Source: Eledone cirrhosa
Lineage: Eukaryota
Assembly: GCA_964016885.1 (NCBI GenBank)
Contig: CAXHJY010000871.1
Location: forward strand, 26,939-90,938
Direction: 5' to 3'
Length of the DNA: 64,000 nucleotides
The notes under the pieces are model-generated. The model saw nothing but the letters and a program-made list of their open reading frames with translations. It searched no databases and was not told where the DNA came from. This document shows, piece after piece, positions 38,501-51,179 of this stretch. The position numbers and the translations under genes were made by a program. Numbering within the stretch: position 1 is the stretch's first letter; the number at the start of each line of letters is the position of its first letter.

Positions 38501-41500
38501 CCAGCCAGCCAAGGGGAGATAATTTGTAAAAAAATCAGGGGGAGATAATTTGTAAAAAATATCAGGGGGAGATAATTTGTAAATAAAAATCAGGGGGAGA
38601 TAATTTGTAAAAAAAAATCAGTGGGAGATAATTTGTAAAAAAAATCAAGGGGAGATAATTTCCAGCCGTCCAAGGGGAGATAATTTTCAGCCGTCCAAGG
38701 AGAGGTAATTTCTAGCCGTCCGAGGAGAGATAATTTCCAGCCGTCCAAGGGGAGATAATTTCCAGCCGTCCAAGGAGACATATTTTCCAGCCGTCCAAGG
38801 AGAGGTAATTTCTAGCCGTACAAGGGGAGATAAATTCCAGCCTCCAAGGGGAGATAATTTCCAGCCAGCCAAGGGGAGATAATTTGTAAAAAAATCAGGG
38901 GGAGATAATTTATAAAAAAAATCAGGGGGAGATAACTTGTAAAAAAAAATCAGGGGGAGCTAATTTGTAAAAAATAATCAGGGGGAGATAATTTTTTAAA
39001 AAAATCAAGGGGAGATAATTTCCAGCCGTCCAAGGGGAGATAATTTTCAGCCGTCCAAGGGGAGATAATTTCCCGCCAGCCAAGGAAAGATAATATTTAA
39101 AAAAATTAGGCGGAGATAATTTGTAAAAAAAATCAGGGGGAGATAATTTGTAAAAAAAAATCAGGGGTAGATAATTTGTAAAAAAAAATCAGGGGGAGAT
39201 AATTTGTAAAAAAAAATCAGGGGGAGATAATTTGTAAAAAAATCAAGGGGAGATAATTTCCAGCCGTCCAATGAGAGATAATTTAAAAAAAAAATCAGCG
39301 GCAGATAATTTGTAAAAAAAATCAAAGGGAGATAATTTCCAGCCGTCCAAATAGAGATAATTTCTAGCCGTCCAAGGGGAGATAATTTCCAGCCAAGGAG
39401 AGATAATTTACTGCCGTCCAAGGGGAGATAATTTTTTAAAAAATCAGGTGGAGATAATTTGTAAAAAAAATCAGGGGGAGATAATTTGTAAAAACAAAAT
39501 CAAGGGCAGATAATTTCCAGCTGTCCAAGGGGAGATAATTTCCAGCCGTCCAAGGGGAGATAATTTCCAGCCGTCCAAGGGGAGATAATTTCCATCCTTC
39601 CAAGGGGATAGAATTTCCAGCCGTCCAAGGGGAGATAATTTCCCGCCAGCCAAGGGAAGATAATTTTTAAAAAAATCAGGCGGAGATTGTAAAAAAAAAT
39701 CAGGGGGGAGATAATTTGTAAAAAAAAAATCAGGGGGAGATAATTTGTAAAAAAAAATCAGGGGGAGATAATTTGTAAAAAAAAATCATGGGGAGATAAT
39801 TTGTAAAAAAAATTAGGCGTAGATAATTTGTAAAAAAAAATCAGGGGGTGATAATTTGTAAAAAAAATCAGGGGGAGATAATTTGTTAAAAAAATCAAGG
39901 GGAGATAATTTGCAGCCGTCCAAGGGGAGATAATTTTCAGCCGTCCAAGGAGAGGTAATTTCTAGCCGTCCAAGGGGAGATAATTTCCAGCCGTCCAAGA
40001 GGAGATAATTTCCAGCCGTCCAAGGGGAGATCATTTTTTAAAAAAAATCAGGCGGAGATAGTTTGTAAAAAAAAATCAGGGGAGATAATTCGTAAAAAAA
40101 ATTCAGGGGGAGATAATTTGTAAAAAAAATTAGGGGGAGATAATTTGTAAAAAAAATCAAGGGGAGATAATTTCCAGCCGTCCAAGGGGAGGTAATATCT
40201 AGCCGTCCAAGGGGAGATAATTTCCAGCCGTCCAAGGGGAGATAATTTCCAGCCGTCCAAGGGGAGATAATTTCCAGCCGTCCAAGGAGACATATTTTCT
40301 AGCCGTCCAAGGAGAGGTAATTTCTAGCCGTCCAAGGGGAGATAAATTCCAGCCTCCAAGGGGAGATAATTTCCAGCCAGCCAAGGGGAGATAATTTGTA
40401 AAAAAATCAGGGGGAGATAATTTGTAAAAAATATCAGGGGGAGATAATTTGTAAAAAAAAATCAGGGGGAGATAATTTGTAAAAAAAAATCAGGGGGAGA
40501 TAATTTGTATAAAAAAATCAGGGGGAGATAATTTGTAACAAAAATCAAGGGGAGATAATTTCCAGCCGTCCAAGGAGAGATAATTTTCAGCCGTCCAAGG
40601 AGAGGTAATTTCTAGCCGTCCAAGGAGAGATAATTTCCAGCCGTCCAAGGGGAGATAATTTCCAGCCGTCCAAGGGGAGATAATTTCCAGCCGTCCAACG
40701 AGACATATTATCCAGCCGTCCAAGGAGAGGTAATTTCTAGCCGTCCAAGGAGAGATAATTTCCAGCCAGCCAAGGGGAGATAATTTGTAAAAAAATCAGG
40801 GGGAGATAATTTTTAAAAAAAATCAGGGGGAGATAATTTGTAAAAAAAAATCAGGGAAAGATAATTTGTAAAAAATAATCAGGGGGAGATAATTTGTAAA
40901 AAAAATCAAGGGGAGATAATTTCCAGCCGTCCAAGGGGAGATAATTTTCAGCCGTCCAAGGGGAGATAATTTCCCGCCAGCCAAGGGAAGATAATATTTA
41001 AAAAAATTAGGCGGAGATAATTTGTAAAAAAAAATCAGGGGGAGATAATTTGTAAAAAAATCAGGGGGAGATAATTTGTAAAAAAATCAGGGGTAGATAA
41101 TTTGTAAAAAAAATCAAGGGGAGATAATTTCCAGCCGTCCAAGGGAAGATAATTTCCAGCCCTCCAAGGGGCTATAATTTCCAGCGTCCAAGGGGAGATA
41201 ATTTCCAGCCAGCGAAGGGGAGGTAATATCTAGCCGTCCAAGGGGAGATAATTTCCAGCCGTCCAAGGGGAGATAATTTCCAGCCGTCCAAGGGTAGATA
41301 ATATCCAGCCGTCCAAGGACATATTTTCCAGCCGTCCAAGGAGAGGTAATTTCTAGCCGTCCAAGGGGAGATAAATTCCAGCCTCCAAGGGGAGATAATT
41401 TCCAGCCAGCCAAGGGGAGATAATTTGTAAAAAAAATCAGGGGGAGATAATTTGTAAAAAAAAATCAGGGGGAGATAATTTGTAAAAAAAAATCAGGGGG

Positions 41501-44500
41501 AGATAATTTGTAAAAAAAAATCAGGGGGAGATAATTTGTAAAAAAAATGAAGGGGAGATAATTTCCAGCCGTCCAAGGGGAGATAATTTTCAGCCGTCCA
41601 AGGGGAGATAATTTCCCGCCAGCCAAGGGAAGATAATATTTAAAAAAATTAGGCGGAGATAATTTGTAAAAAAAATCAGGGGGAGATAATTTGTAAAAAA
41701 ATCAGGTGGAGATAATTTGTAAAAAAAATCAGGGGGAGATAATTTGTAAAAAAAATCAAGGGGAGATAATTTCCAGCCGTCCAAGGGGAGATAATTTTCA
41801 GCCGTCCAAGGAGAGGTAATTTCTAGCCGTCCGAGGAGAGATAATTTCCAGCCGTCCAAGGGGAGATAATTTCCAGCCGTCCAAGGGGAGATAATTTCCA
41901 GCCGTCCAAGGAGACATATATTCCAGCCGTCCAAGGAGAGGTAATTTCTAGCCGTACAAGGGGAGATAAATTCCAGTCTCCAAGGGGAGATAATTTCCAG
42001 CCAGCCAAGGGGAGATAATTTGTAAAAAAATCAGGGGGAGATAATTTGTAAAAAAAATCAGGGGGAGATAACTTGTAAAAAAAAATCAGGGGGAGATAAT
42101 TTGTAAAAAATAATCAGGGGGAGATAATTTTTTAAAAAAATCAAGGGGAGATAATTTCCAGCCGTCCAAGGGGAGATAATTTTCAGCCGTCCAAGGGGAG
42201 ATAATTTCCCGCCAGCCAAGGAAAGATAATATTTAAAAAAATTAGGCGGAGATAATTTGTAAAAAAAATCAGGGGGAGATAATTTGTAAAAAAAAATCAG
42301 GGGTAGATAATTTGTAAAAAAAAATCAGGGGGAGATAATTTGTAAAAAAAAATCAGGGGGAGATAATTTGTAAAAAAATCAAGGGGAGATAATTTCCAGC
42401 CGTCCAATGAGAGATAATTTAAAAAAAAAATCAGCGGCAGATAATTTGTAAAAAAAATCAAAGGGAGATAATTTCCAGCCGTCCAAATAGAGATAATTTC
42501 TAGCCGTCCAAGGGGAGATAATTTCCAGCCAAGGAGAGATAATTTACTGCCGTCCAAGGGGAGATAATTTTTTAAAAAATCAGGTGGAGATAATTTGTAA
42601 AAAAAATCAGGGGGAGATAATTTGTAAAAACAAAATCAAGGGCAGATAATTTCCAGCTGTCCAAGGGGAGATAATTTCCAGCCGTCCAAGGGGAGATAAT
42701 TTCCAGCCGTCCAAGGGGAGATAATTTCCATCCTTCCAAGGGGATAGAATTTCCAGCCGTCCAAGGGGAGATAATTTCCCGCCAGCCAAGGGAAGATAAT
42801 TTTTAAAAAAATCAGGCGGAGATTGTAAAAAAAAATCAGGGGGGAGATAATTTGTAAAAAAAAAATCAGGGGGAGATAATTTGTAAAAAAAATCAGGGGG
42901 AGATAATTTGTAAAAAAAAATCATGGGGAGATAATTTGTAAAAAAAATTAGGCGTAGATAATTTGTAAAAAAAAATCAGGGGGTGATAATTTGTAAAAAA
43001 AATCAGGGGGAGATAATTTGTTAAAAAAATCAAGGGGAGATAATTTGCAGCCGTCCAAGGGGAGATAATTTTCAGCCGTCCAAGGAGAGGTAATTTCTAG
43101 CCGTCCAAGGGGAGATAATTTCCAGCCGTCCAAGAGGAGATAATTTCCAGCCGTCCAAGGGGAGATCATTTTTTAAAAAAAATCAGGCGGAGATAGTTTG
43201 TAAAAAAAAATCAGGGGGAGATAATTTGTAAAAAAAAATCAGGGGGAGATAATTTGTAAAAAAAATTAGGCGTAGATAATTTGTAAAAAAAAATCAGGGG
43301 GAGATAATTTGTAAGAAAAAATCAGGGGGAGATAATTTGTTAAAAAAATCAAGGGGAGATAATTTTCAGCCGTCCAAGGAGAGGTAATTTCTAGCCGTCC
43401 AAGGGGAGATAATTTCCAGCCGTCCAAGGGGAGATAATTTCCAACCGTCCAAGGGGAGATAATTTTAAAAAAAAAATCAGGCGGAGATAATTTGTAAAAA
43501 AAAATCAGGGGGAGATAATTCGTAAAAAAAAATCAGGGGGAGATTTGTAAAAAAAAATCAGGGGGAGATAATTTGTAAAAAAAAATCAAGGGGAGATAAT
43601 TTCCAGCCGTCCAAGGGGAGGTAATATCTAGCCGTCCAAGGGGAGATAATTTCCAGCCGTCCAAGGGGAGATAATTTCCAGCCGTCCAAGGGGAGATAAT
43701 TTCCAGCCGTCCAAGGAGACATATTATCCAGCCGTCCAAGGCGAGGTAATTTCTAGCCGTCCAAGGGGAGATAAATTCCAGCCTCCAAGGGGAAATAATT
43801 TCCAGCCAGCCAAGGGGAGATAATTTGTAAAAAAATCAGGGGGAGATAATTTGTAAAAAATATCAGGGGGAGATAATTTGTAAATAAAAATCAGGGGGAG
43901 ATAATTTGTAAAAAAAAATCAGTGGGAGATAATTTGTAAAAAAAATCAAGGGGAGATAATTTCCAGCCGTCCAAGGGGAGATAATTTTCAGCCGTCCAAG
44001 GAGAGGTAATTTCTAGCCGTCCGAGGAGAGATAATTTCCAGCCGTCCAAGGGGAGATAATTTCCAGCCGTCCAAGGAGACATATTTTCCAGCCGTCCAAG
44101 GAGAGGTAATTTCTAGCCGTACAAGGGGAGATAAATTCCAGCCTCCAAGGGGAGATAATTTCCAGCCAGCCAAGGGGAGATAATTTGTAAAAAAATCAGG
44201 GGGAGATAATTTATAAAAAAAATCAGGGGGAGATAACTTGTAAAAAAAAATCAGGGGGAGCTAATTTGTAAAAAATAATCAGGGGGAGATAATTTTTTAA
44301 AAAAATCAAGGGGAGATAATTTCCAGCCGTCCAAGGGGAGATAATTTTCAGCCGTCCAAGGGGAGATAATTTCCCGCCAGCCAAGGAAAGATAATATTTA
44401 AAAAAATTAGGCGGAGATAATTTGTAAAAAAAATCAGGGGGAGATAATTTGTAAAAAAAAATCAGGGGTAGATAATTTGTAAAAAAAAATCAGGGGGAGA

Positions 44501-47085
44501 TAATTTGTAAAAAAAAATCAGGGGGAGATAATTTGTAAAAAAATCAAGGGGAGATAATTTCCAGCCGTCCAATGAGAGATAATTTAAAAAAAAAATCAGC
44601 GGCAGATAATTTGTAAAAAAAATCAAAGGGAGATAATTTCCAGCCGTCCAAATAGAGATAATTTCTAGCCGTCCAAGGGGAGATAATTTCCAGCCAAGGA
44701 GAGATAATTTACTGCCGTCCAAGGGGAGATAATTTTTTAAAAAATCAGGTGGAGATAATTTGTAAAAAAAATCAGGGGGAGATAATTTGTAAAAACAAAA
44801 TCAAGGGCAGATAATTTCCAGCTGTCCAAGGGGAGATAATTTCCAGCCGTCCAAGGGGAGATAATTTCCAGCCGTCCAAGGGGAGATAATTTCCATCCTT
44901 CCAAGGGGATAGAATTTCCAGCCGTCCAAGGGGAGATAATTTCCCGCCAGCCAAGGGAAGATAATTTTTAAAAAAATCAGGCGGAGATTGTAAAAAAAAA
45001 TCAGGGGGGAGATAATTTGTAAAAAAAAAATCAGGGGGAGATAATTTGTAAAAAAAAATCAGGGGGAGATAATTTGTAAAAAAAAATCATGGGGAGATAA
45101 TTTGTAAAAAAAATTAGGCGTAGATAATTTGTAAAAAAAAATCAGGGGGTGATAATTTGTAAAAAAAATCAGGGGGAGATAATTTGTTAAAAAAATCAAG
45201 GGGAGATAATTTGCAGCCGTCCAAGGGGAGATAATTTTCAGCCGTCCAAGGAGAGGTAATTTCTAGCCGTCCAAGGGGAGATAATTTCCAGCCGTCCAAG
45301 AGGAGATAATTTCCAGCCGTCCAAGGGGAGATCATTTTTTTAAAAAAATCAGGCGGAGATAGTTTGTAAAAAAAAATCAGGGGAGATAATTCGTAAAAAA
45401 AATTCAGGGGGAGATAATTTGTAAAAAAAATTAGGGGGAGATAATTTGTAAAAAAAATCAAGGGGAGATAATTTCCAGCCGTCCAAGGGGAGGTAATATC
45501 TAGCCGTCCAAGGGGAGATAATTTCCAGCCGTCCAAGGGGAGATAATTTCCAGCCGTCCAAGGGGAGATAATTTCCAGCCGTCCAAGGAGACATATTTTC
45601 TAGCCGTCCAAGGAGAGGTAATTTCTAGCCGTCCAAGGGGAGATAAATTCCAGCCTCCAAGGGGAGATAATTTCCAGCCAGCCAAGGGGAGATAATTTGT
45701 AAAAAAATCAGGGGGAGATAATTTGTAAAAAATATCAGGGGGAGATAATTTGTAAAAAAAAATCAGGGGGAGATAATTTGTAAAAAAAAATCAGGGGGAG
45801 ATAATTTGTATAAAAAAATCAGGGGGAGATAATTTGTAACAAAAATCAAGGGGAGATAATTTCCAGCCGTCCAAGGAGAGATAATTTTCAGCCGTCCAAG
45901 GAGAGGTAATTTCTAGCCGTCCAAGGAGAGATAATTTCCAGCCGTCCAAGGGGAGATAATTTCCAGCCGTCCAAGGGGAGATAATTTCCAGCCGTCCAAC
46001 GAGACATATTTTCCAGCCGTCCAAGGAGAGGTAATTTCTAGCCGTCCAAGGAGAGATAATTTCCAGCCAGCCAAGGGGAGATAATTTGTAAAAAAATCAG
46101 GGGGAGATAATTTTTAAAAAAAATCAGGGGGAGATAATTTGTAAAAAAAAATCAGGGAAAGATAATTTGTAAAAAATAATCAGGGGGAGATAATTTGTAA
46201 AAAAAATCAAGGGGAGATAATTTCCAGCCGTCCAAGGGGAGATAATTTTCAGCCGTCCAAGGGGAGATAATTTCCCGCCAGCCAAGGGAAGATAATATTT
46301 AAAAAAATTAGGCGGAGATAATTTGTAAAAAAAAATCAGGGGGAGATAATTTGTAAAAAAATCAGGGGGAGATAATTTGTAAAAAAATCAGGGGTAGATA
46401 ATTTGTAAAAAAAATCAAGGGGAGATAATTTCCAGCCGTCCAAGGGAAGATAATTTCCAGCCCTCCAAGGGGCTATAATTTCCAGCGTCCAAGGGGAGAT
46501 AATTTCCAGCCAGCGAAGGGGAGGTAATATCTAGCCGTCCAAGGGGAGATAATTTCCAGCCGTCCAAGGGGAGATAATTTCCAGCCGTCCAAGGGTAGAT
46601 AATATCCAGCCGTCCAAGGACATATTTTCCAGCCGTCCAAGGAGAGGTAATTTCTAGCCGTCCAAGGGGAGATAAATTCCAGCCTCCAAGGGGAGATAAT
46701 TTCCAGCCAGCCAAGGGGAGATAATTTGTAAAAAAAATCAGGGGGAGATAATTTGTAAAAAAAAATCAGGGGGAGATAATTTGTAAAAAAAAATCAGGGG
46801 GAGATAATTTGTAAAAAAAAATCAGGGGGAGATAATTTGTAAAAAAAATGAAGGGGAGATAATTTCCAGCCGTCCAAGGGGAGATAATTTTCAGCCGTCC
46901 AAGGGGAGATAATTTCCCGCCAGCCAAGGGAAGATAATATTTAAAAAAATTAGGCGGAGATAATTTGTAAAAAAAATCAGGGGGAGATAATTTGTAAAAA
47001 AATCAGGTGGAGATAATTTGTAAAAAAAATCAGGGGGAGATAATTTGTAAAAAAAATCAAGGGGAGATAATTTCCAGCCGTCCAA
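35560..47085 (+). repeat. Higher-order tandem duplication, ~5.3-kb unit (about 35560-41760 including the extra 886 bp, and 41760-47085)
   Basis: Offset is 6188 bp before the nested duplication (35635/41823, 36419/42607) and 5301 bp after it (38232/43533, 39161/44462, 41114/46415, 41590/46891); 6188 is about 5301 + 886. Confidence 0.9.
36165..37916 (+). repeat. 886-bp tandem duplication nested in the first copy of a 5.3-kb unit
   Basis: Offset is 886 bp (36419/37305, 36761/37647). Shared rare variants include CCAATGAGAG, TCAGCGGCAG, TTTACTGCCG, TCATGGGG and GGGGTGATAAT. Confidence 0.92.
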
Positions 47086-49621
47086 GGGGAGGTAATATCT
47101 AGCCGTCCAAGGGGAGATAATTTCCAGCCGTCCAAGGGGAGATAATTTTCAGCCGTCCAAGGAGAGGTAATTTCTAGCCGTCCAAGGAGAGATAATTTCC
47201 AGCCGTCCAAGGGGAGATAATTTCCAGCCGTCCAAGGGGAGATAATTTCCAGCCGTCCAACGAGACATATTTTCCAGCCGTCCAAGGAGAGGTAATTTCT
47301 AGCCGTCCAAGGAGAGATAATTTCCAGCCGTCCAAGGGGAGATAAATTCCAGCCTCCAAGGGGAGATGATTTCCAGCCAGCCAAGGGGAGATAATTTGTA
47401 AAAAAATCAGGGGGAGATAATTTGTAAAAAAAATCAGGGGGAGATAATTTGTAAAAAAAAATCAGGGAAAGATAATTTGTAAAAAATAATCAGGGGGAGA
47501 TAATTTGTAAAAAAAATCAAGGGGAGATAATTTCCAGCCGTCCAAGGGGAGATAATTTTCAGCCGTCCAAGGGGAGATAATTTCCCGCCAGCCAAGGGAA
47601 GATAATATTTAAAAAAATTAGGCGGAGATAATTTGTAAAAAAAATCAGGGGGAGATAATTTGTAAAAAAATCAGGTGGAGATAATTTGTAAAAAAAATCA
47701 GGGGGAGATAATTTGTAAAAAAAATCAAGGGGAGATAATTTCCAGCCGTCCAAGGGGAGGTAATATCTAGCCGTCGAAGGGGAGATAATTTCCAGCCGTC
47801 CAAGGGGAGATAATTTCCACCCGTCCAGGGTAGATAATATCCAGCCGTCCAAGGAGAAATATTTTCCAGCCGTCCAAGGAGAGGTAATTTCTAGCCGTCC
47901 AAGGGGAGATAAATTCCAGCCTCCAAGGGGAGATAATTTCCAGCCAGCCAAGGGGAGATAATTTGTAAAAAAATCAGGGGGAGATAATTTGTAAAAAAAA
48001 TCAGGGGCAGATAATTTGTAAAAAAAAATCAGGGGGAGATAATTTGTAAAAAAAAATCAGGGGGAGATAATTTGTAAAAAAAATCAAGGGGAGATAATTT
48101 CCAGCCGTCCAAGGGGAGATAGTTTTCAGCCGTCCAAGGGGAGATAATTTCCCGCCAGCCAAGGGAAGATAATATTTAAAAAAATCAGGCGGAGATAATT
48201 TGTAAAAAAAATCAGTGGGAGATAATTTGTAAAAAAATCAGGGGGAGATAATTTGTAAAAAAAAAATCAGGGGGAGATAATTTGTAAAAAAAATCAGGGG
48301 GAGATAATTTGTAAAAAAATCAAGGGGAGATAATTTCCAGCCGTCCAAGGGGAGATAATTTTTTAAAAAATCAGGTGGAGATAATTTGTAAAAAAAATCA
48401 GGGGGAGATAATTTGTAAAAACAAAATCAAGGGCAGATAATTTCCAGCTGTCCAAGGGGAGATAATTTCCAGCCGTCCAAAGGGAGATAATTTCCAGCCG
48501 TCCAAGGGGAGATAATTTCCATCCTTCCAAGGGGATATAATTTCCAGCCGTCCAAGGGGAGATAATTTCCCGCCAGCCAAGGGAAGATAATTTTTAAAAA
48601 AATCAGGCGGAGATTGTAAAAAAAATCAGGGGGGAGATAATTTGTAAAAAAATCAGGGGGAGATAATTTGTAAAAAACAATCAGGGGGAGATAATTTGTA
48701 AAAAAAATCAGGGGGAGATAATTTGTAAAAAAAAATCTGGGGGAGATAATTTGTAAAAAAAATTAGGCGTAGATAATTTGTAAAAAAAAATCAGGGGGAG
48801 ATAATTTGTAAAAAAAATCAGGCGGAGATAATTTGTAAAAAAAATCAAGGGGAGATTATTTGCAGCCGTCCAAGGGGAGATAATTTTCAGTTGTCCAAGG
48901 AGAGGTAATTTCTAGCCGTCCAAGGGGAGATAATTTCCAGCCGTCCAAGGGGAGATAATTTCCAGCCGTCCAAGGGGAGATAATTTGTAAAAAAAATCAG
49001 GGGGAGATAATTTGTAAAAAAAATCGGGGGGGATAATTTGTAAAAAAAAATCAGGGGGAGATAATTTGTAAAAAAAATCAAGCAGAGATAATTTCCAGCC
49101 GTCCAAGGGAAGATAATTTCCAGCCCTCCAAGGGGCTATAATTTCCAGTGTCCAAGGGGAGATAATTTCCAGCCAGCGAAGGGGAGATAATTTTTTTTTA
49201 AAAATCAGGGGGAGATAATTTGTAAAAACAAAATCAAGGGCAGATAATTTCCAGCTGTCCAAGGGGAGATAATTTCCAGCCGTCCAAGGGGAGATAATTT
49301 TCAGCCGTCCAAGGGGAGATAATTTCCCGCCAGCCAAGGAAAGATAATATTTAAAAAAATTAGGCGGAGATAATTTGTAAAAAAAATCAGGGGGAGATAA
49401 TTTGTAAAAAAAATCAGGGGGAGATAATTTGTAAAAAAAAATCAGGGGGAGATAATTTGTAAAAAAAATCAAGGGGAGATAATTTCCAGCCGTCCAAGGG
49501 GAGATAATTTTCAGCCGTCCAATGAGAGGTAATTTCTAGCCGTCCAAGGGGAAATAATTTCCAGTCGTCCAAGGGGAGGTAATTTCCAGCCGTCCAAGGG
49601 GAGATAATTTTTAAAAAAAAA

Positions 49622-49739
49622 TCTGTAAAAAAAAATTTGTAAAAAAAAATTTGTAAAAAAATCTGTAAAAAAATTTGTAAAAAAATCTGTAAAAAAATCT
49701 GTAAAAAAAAAATCTGTAAAAAAAAATTTCTAAAAAAAA
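49622..49739 (+). repeat. Core-less derived minisatellite (TYTGT-A7-10) x9, 12-15 bp unit
   Basis: Reads TCTGT-A9, TTTGT-A9, TTTGT-A7, TCTGT-A7, TTTGT-A7, TCTGT-A7, TCTGT-A10, TCTGT-A9, TTTCT-A8. There is no GGGGAGATAA core for ~130 bp. Confidence 0.96.
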
Positions 49740-51179
49740 TCAAGGGGAGATAATTTGCAGCCGTCCAAGGGGAGATAATTTTCAGTTGTCCAAGGAGAGG
49801 TAATTTCTAGCCGTCCAAGGGGAGATAATTTCCAGCCGTCCAAGGGGAGATAATTTCCAGCCGTCCAAGGGGAGATAATTTGTAAAAAAAATCAGGGGGA
49901 GATAATTTGTAAAAAAAATCGGGGGGGATAATTTGTAAAAAAAAATCAGGGGGAGATAATTTGTAAAAAAAATCAAGCAGAGATAATTTCCAGCCGTCCA
50001 AGGGAAGATAATTTCCAGCCCTCCAAGGGGCTATAATTTCCAGTGTCCAAGGGGAGATAATTTCCAGCCAGCGAAGGGGAGATAATTTTTTTTAAAAAAT
50101 CAGGGGGAGATTTGTAAAAAAAATCAGGGGGAGATAATTTGTAAAAAAAATCAAAGGGAGATAATTTCCAGCCGTCTAAAGAGAGATAATTTCTAGCCGT
50201 CCAAGGGGAGATAATTTCGAGCCTAGGGGAGATAATTTCCAGCCGTCCAAGGGGAGATAATTTTTTAAAAAATCAGGTGGAGATAATTTGTAAAAAAAAT
50301 CAGGGGGAGATAATTTGTAAAAACAAAATCAAGGGCAGATAATTTCCAGCTGTCCAAGGGGAGATAATTTCCAGCCGTCCAAGGGGAGATAATTTCCAGC
50401 CGTCCAAGGGGAGATAATTTCCATCCTTCCAAGAGGATATAATTTCCAGCCGTCCAAGGGGAGATAATTTCCCGCCAGCCAAGGGAAGATAATTTTTAAA
50501 AAAATCAGGCGGAGATTGTAATAAAAATCAGGGGGGAGATAATTTGTAAAAAAATCAGGGGGAGATAATTTGTAAAAAAAAATCAGGGGGAGATAATTTG
50601 TAAAAAAAAATCAGGGGGAGATAATTTGTAAAAAAAAATCAGGGGGAGATAATTTGTAAAAAAAATTAGGCGTAGATAATTTGTAAAAAAAAATCAGGGG
50701 GAGATAATTTGTAAGAAAAAATCAGGGGGAGATAATTTGTTAAAAAAATCAAGGGGAGATAATTTGCAGCCGTCCAAGGGGAGATAATTTTCAGCCGTCC
50801 AAGGAGAGGTAATTTCTAGCCGTCCAAGGGGAGATAATTTCCAGCCGTCCAAGGGGAGATAATTTCCAGCCGTCCAAGGGGAGATAATTTTTAAAAAAAA
50901 ATCAGGCGGAGATAATTTGTAAAAAAAATCAGGGGGAGATAATTCGTAAAAAAAAATCAGGGGGAGATAATTTGTAAAAAAAATCAGGGGGAGATAATTT
51001 GTAAAAAAAAATCAAGGGGAGATAATTTCCAGCCGTCCAAGGGTGGTAATATCTAGCCGTCCAAGGGGAGATAATTTCCAGCCGTCCAAGGGGAGATAAT
51101 TTCCAGCCGTCCAAGGGGAGATAATTTCCAGCCGTCCAAGGAGACATATTATCCAGCCGTCCAAGGCGAGGTAATTTCT

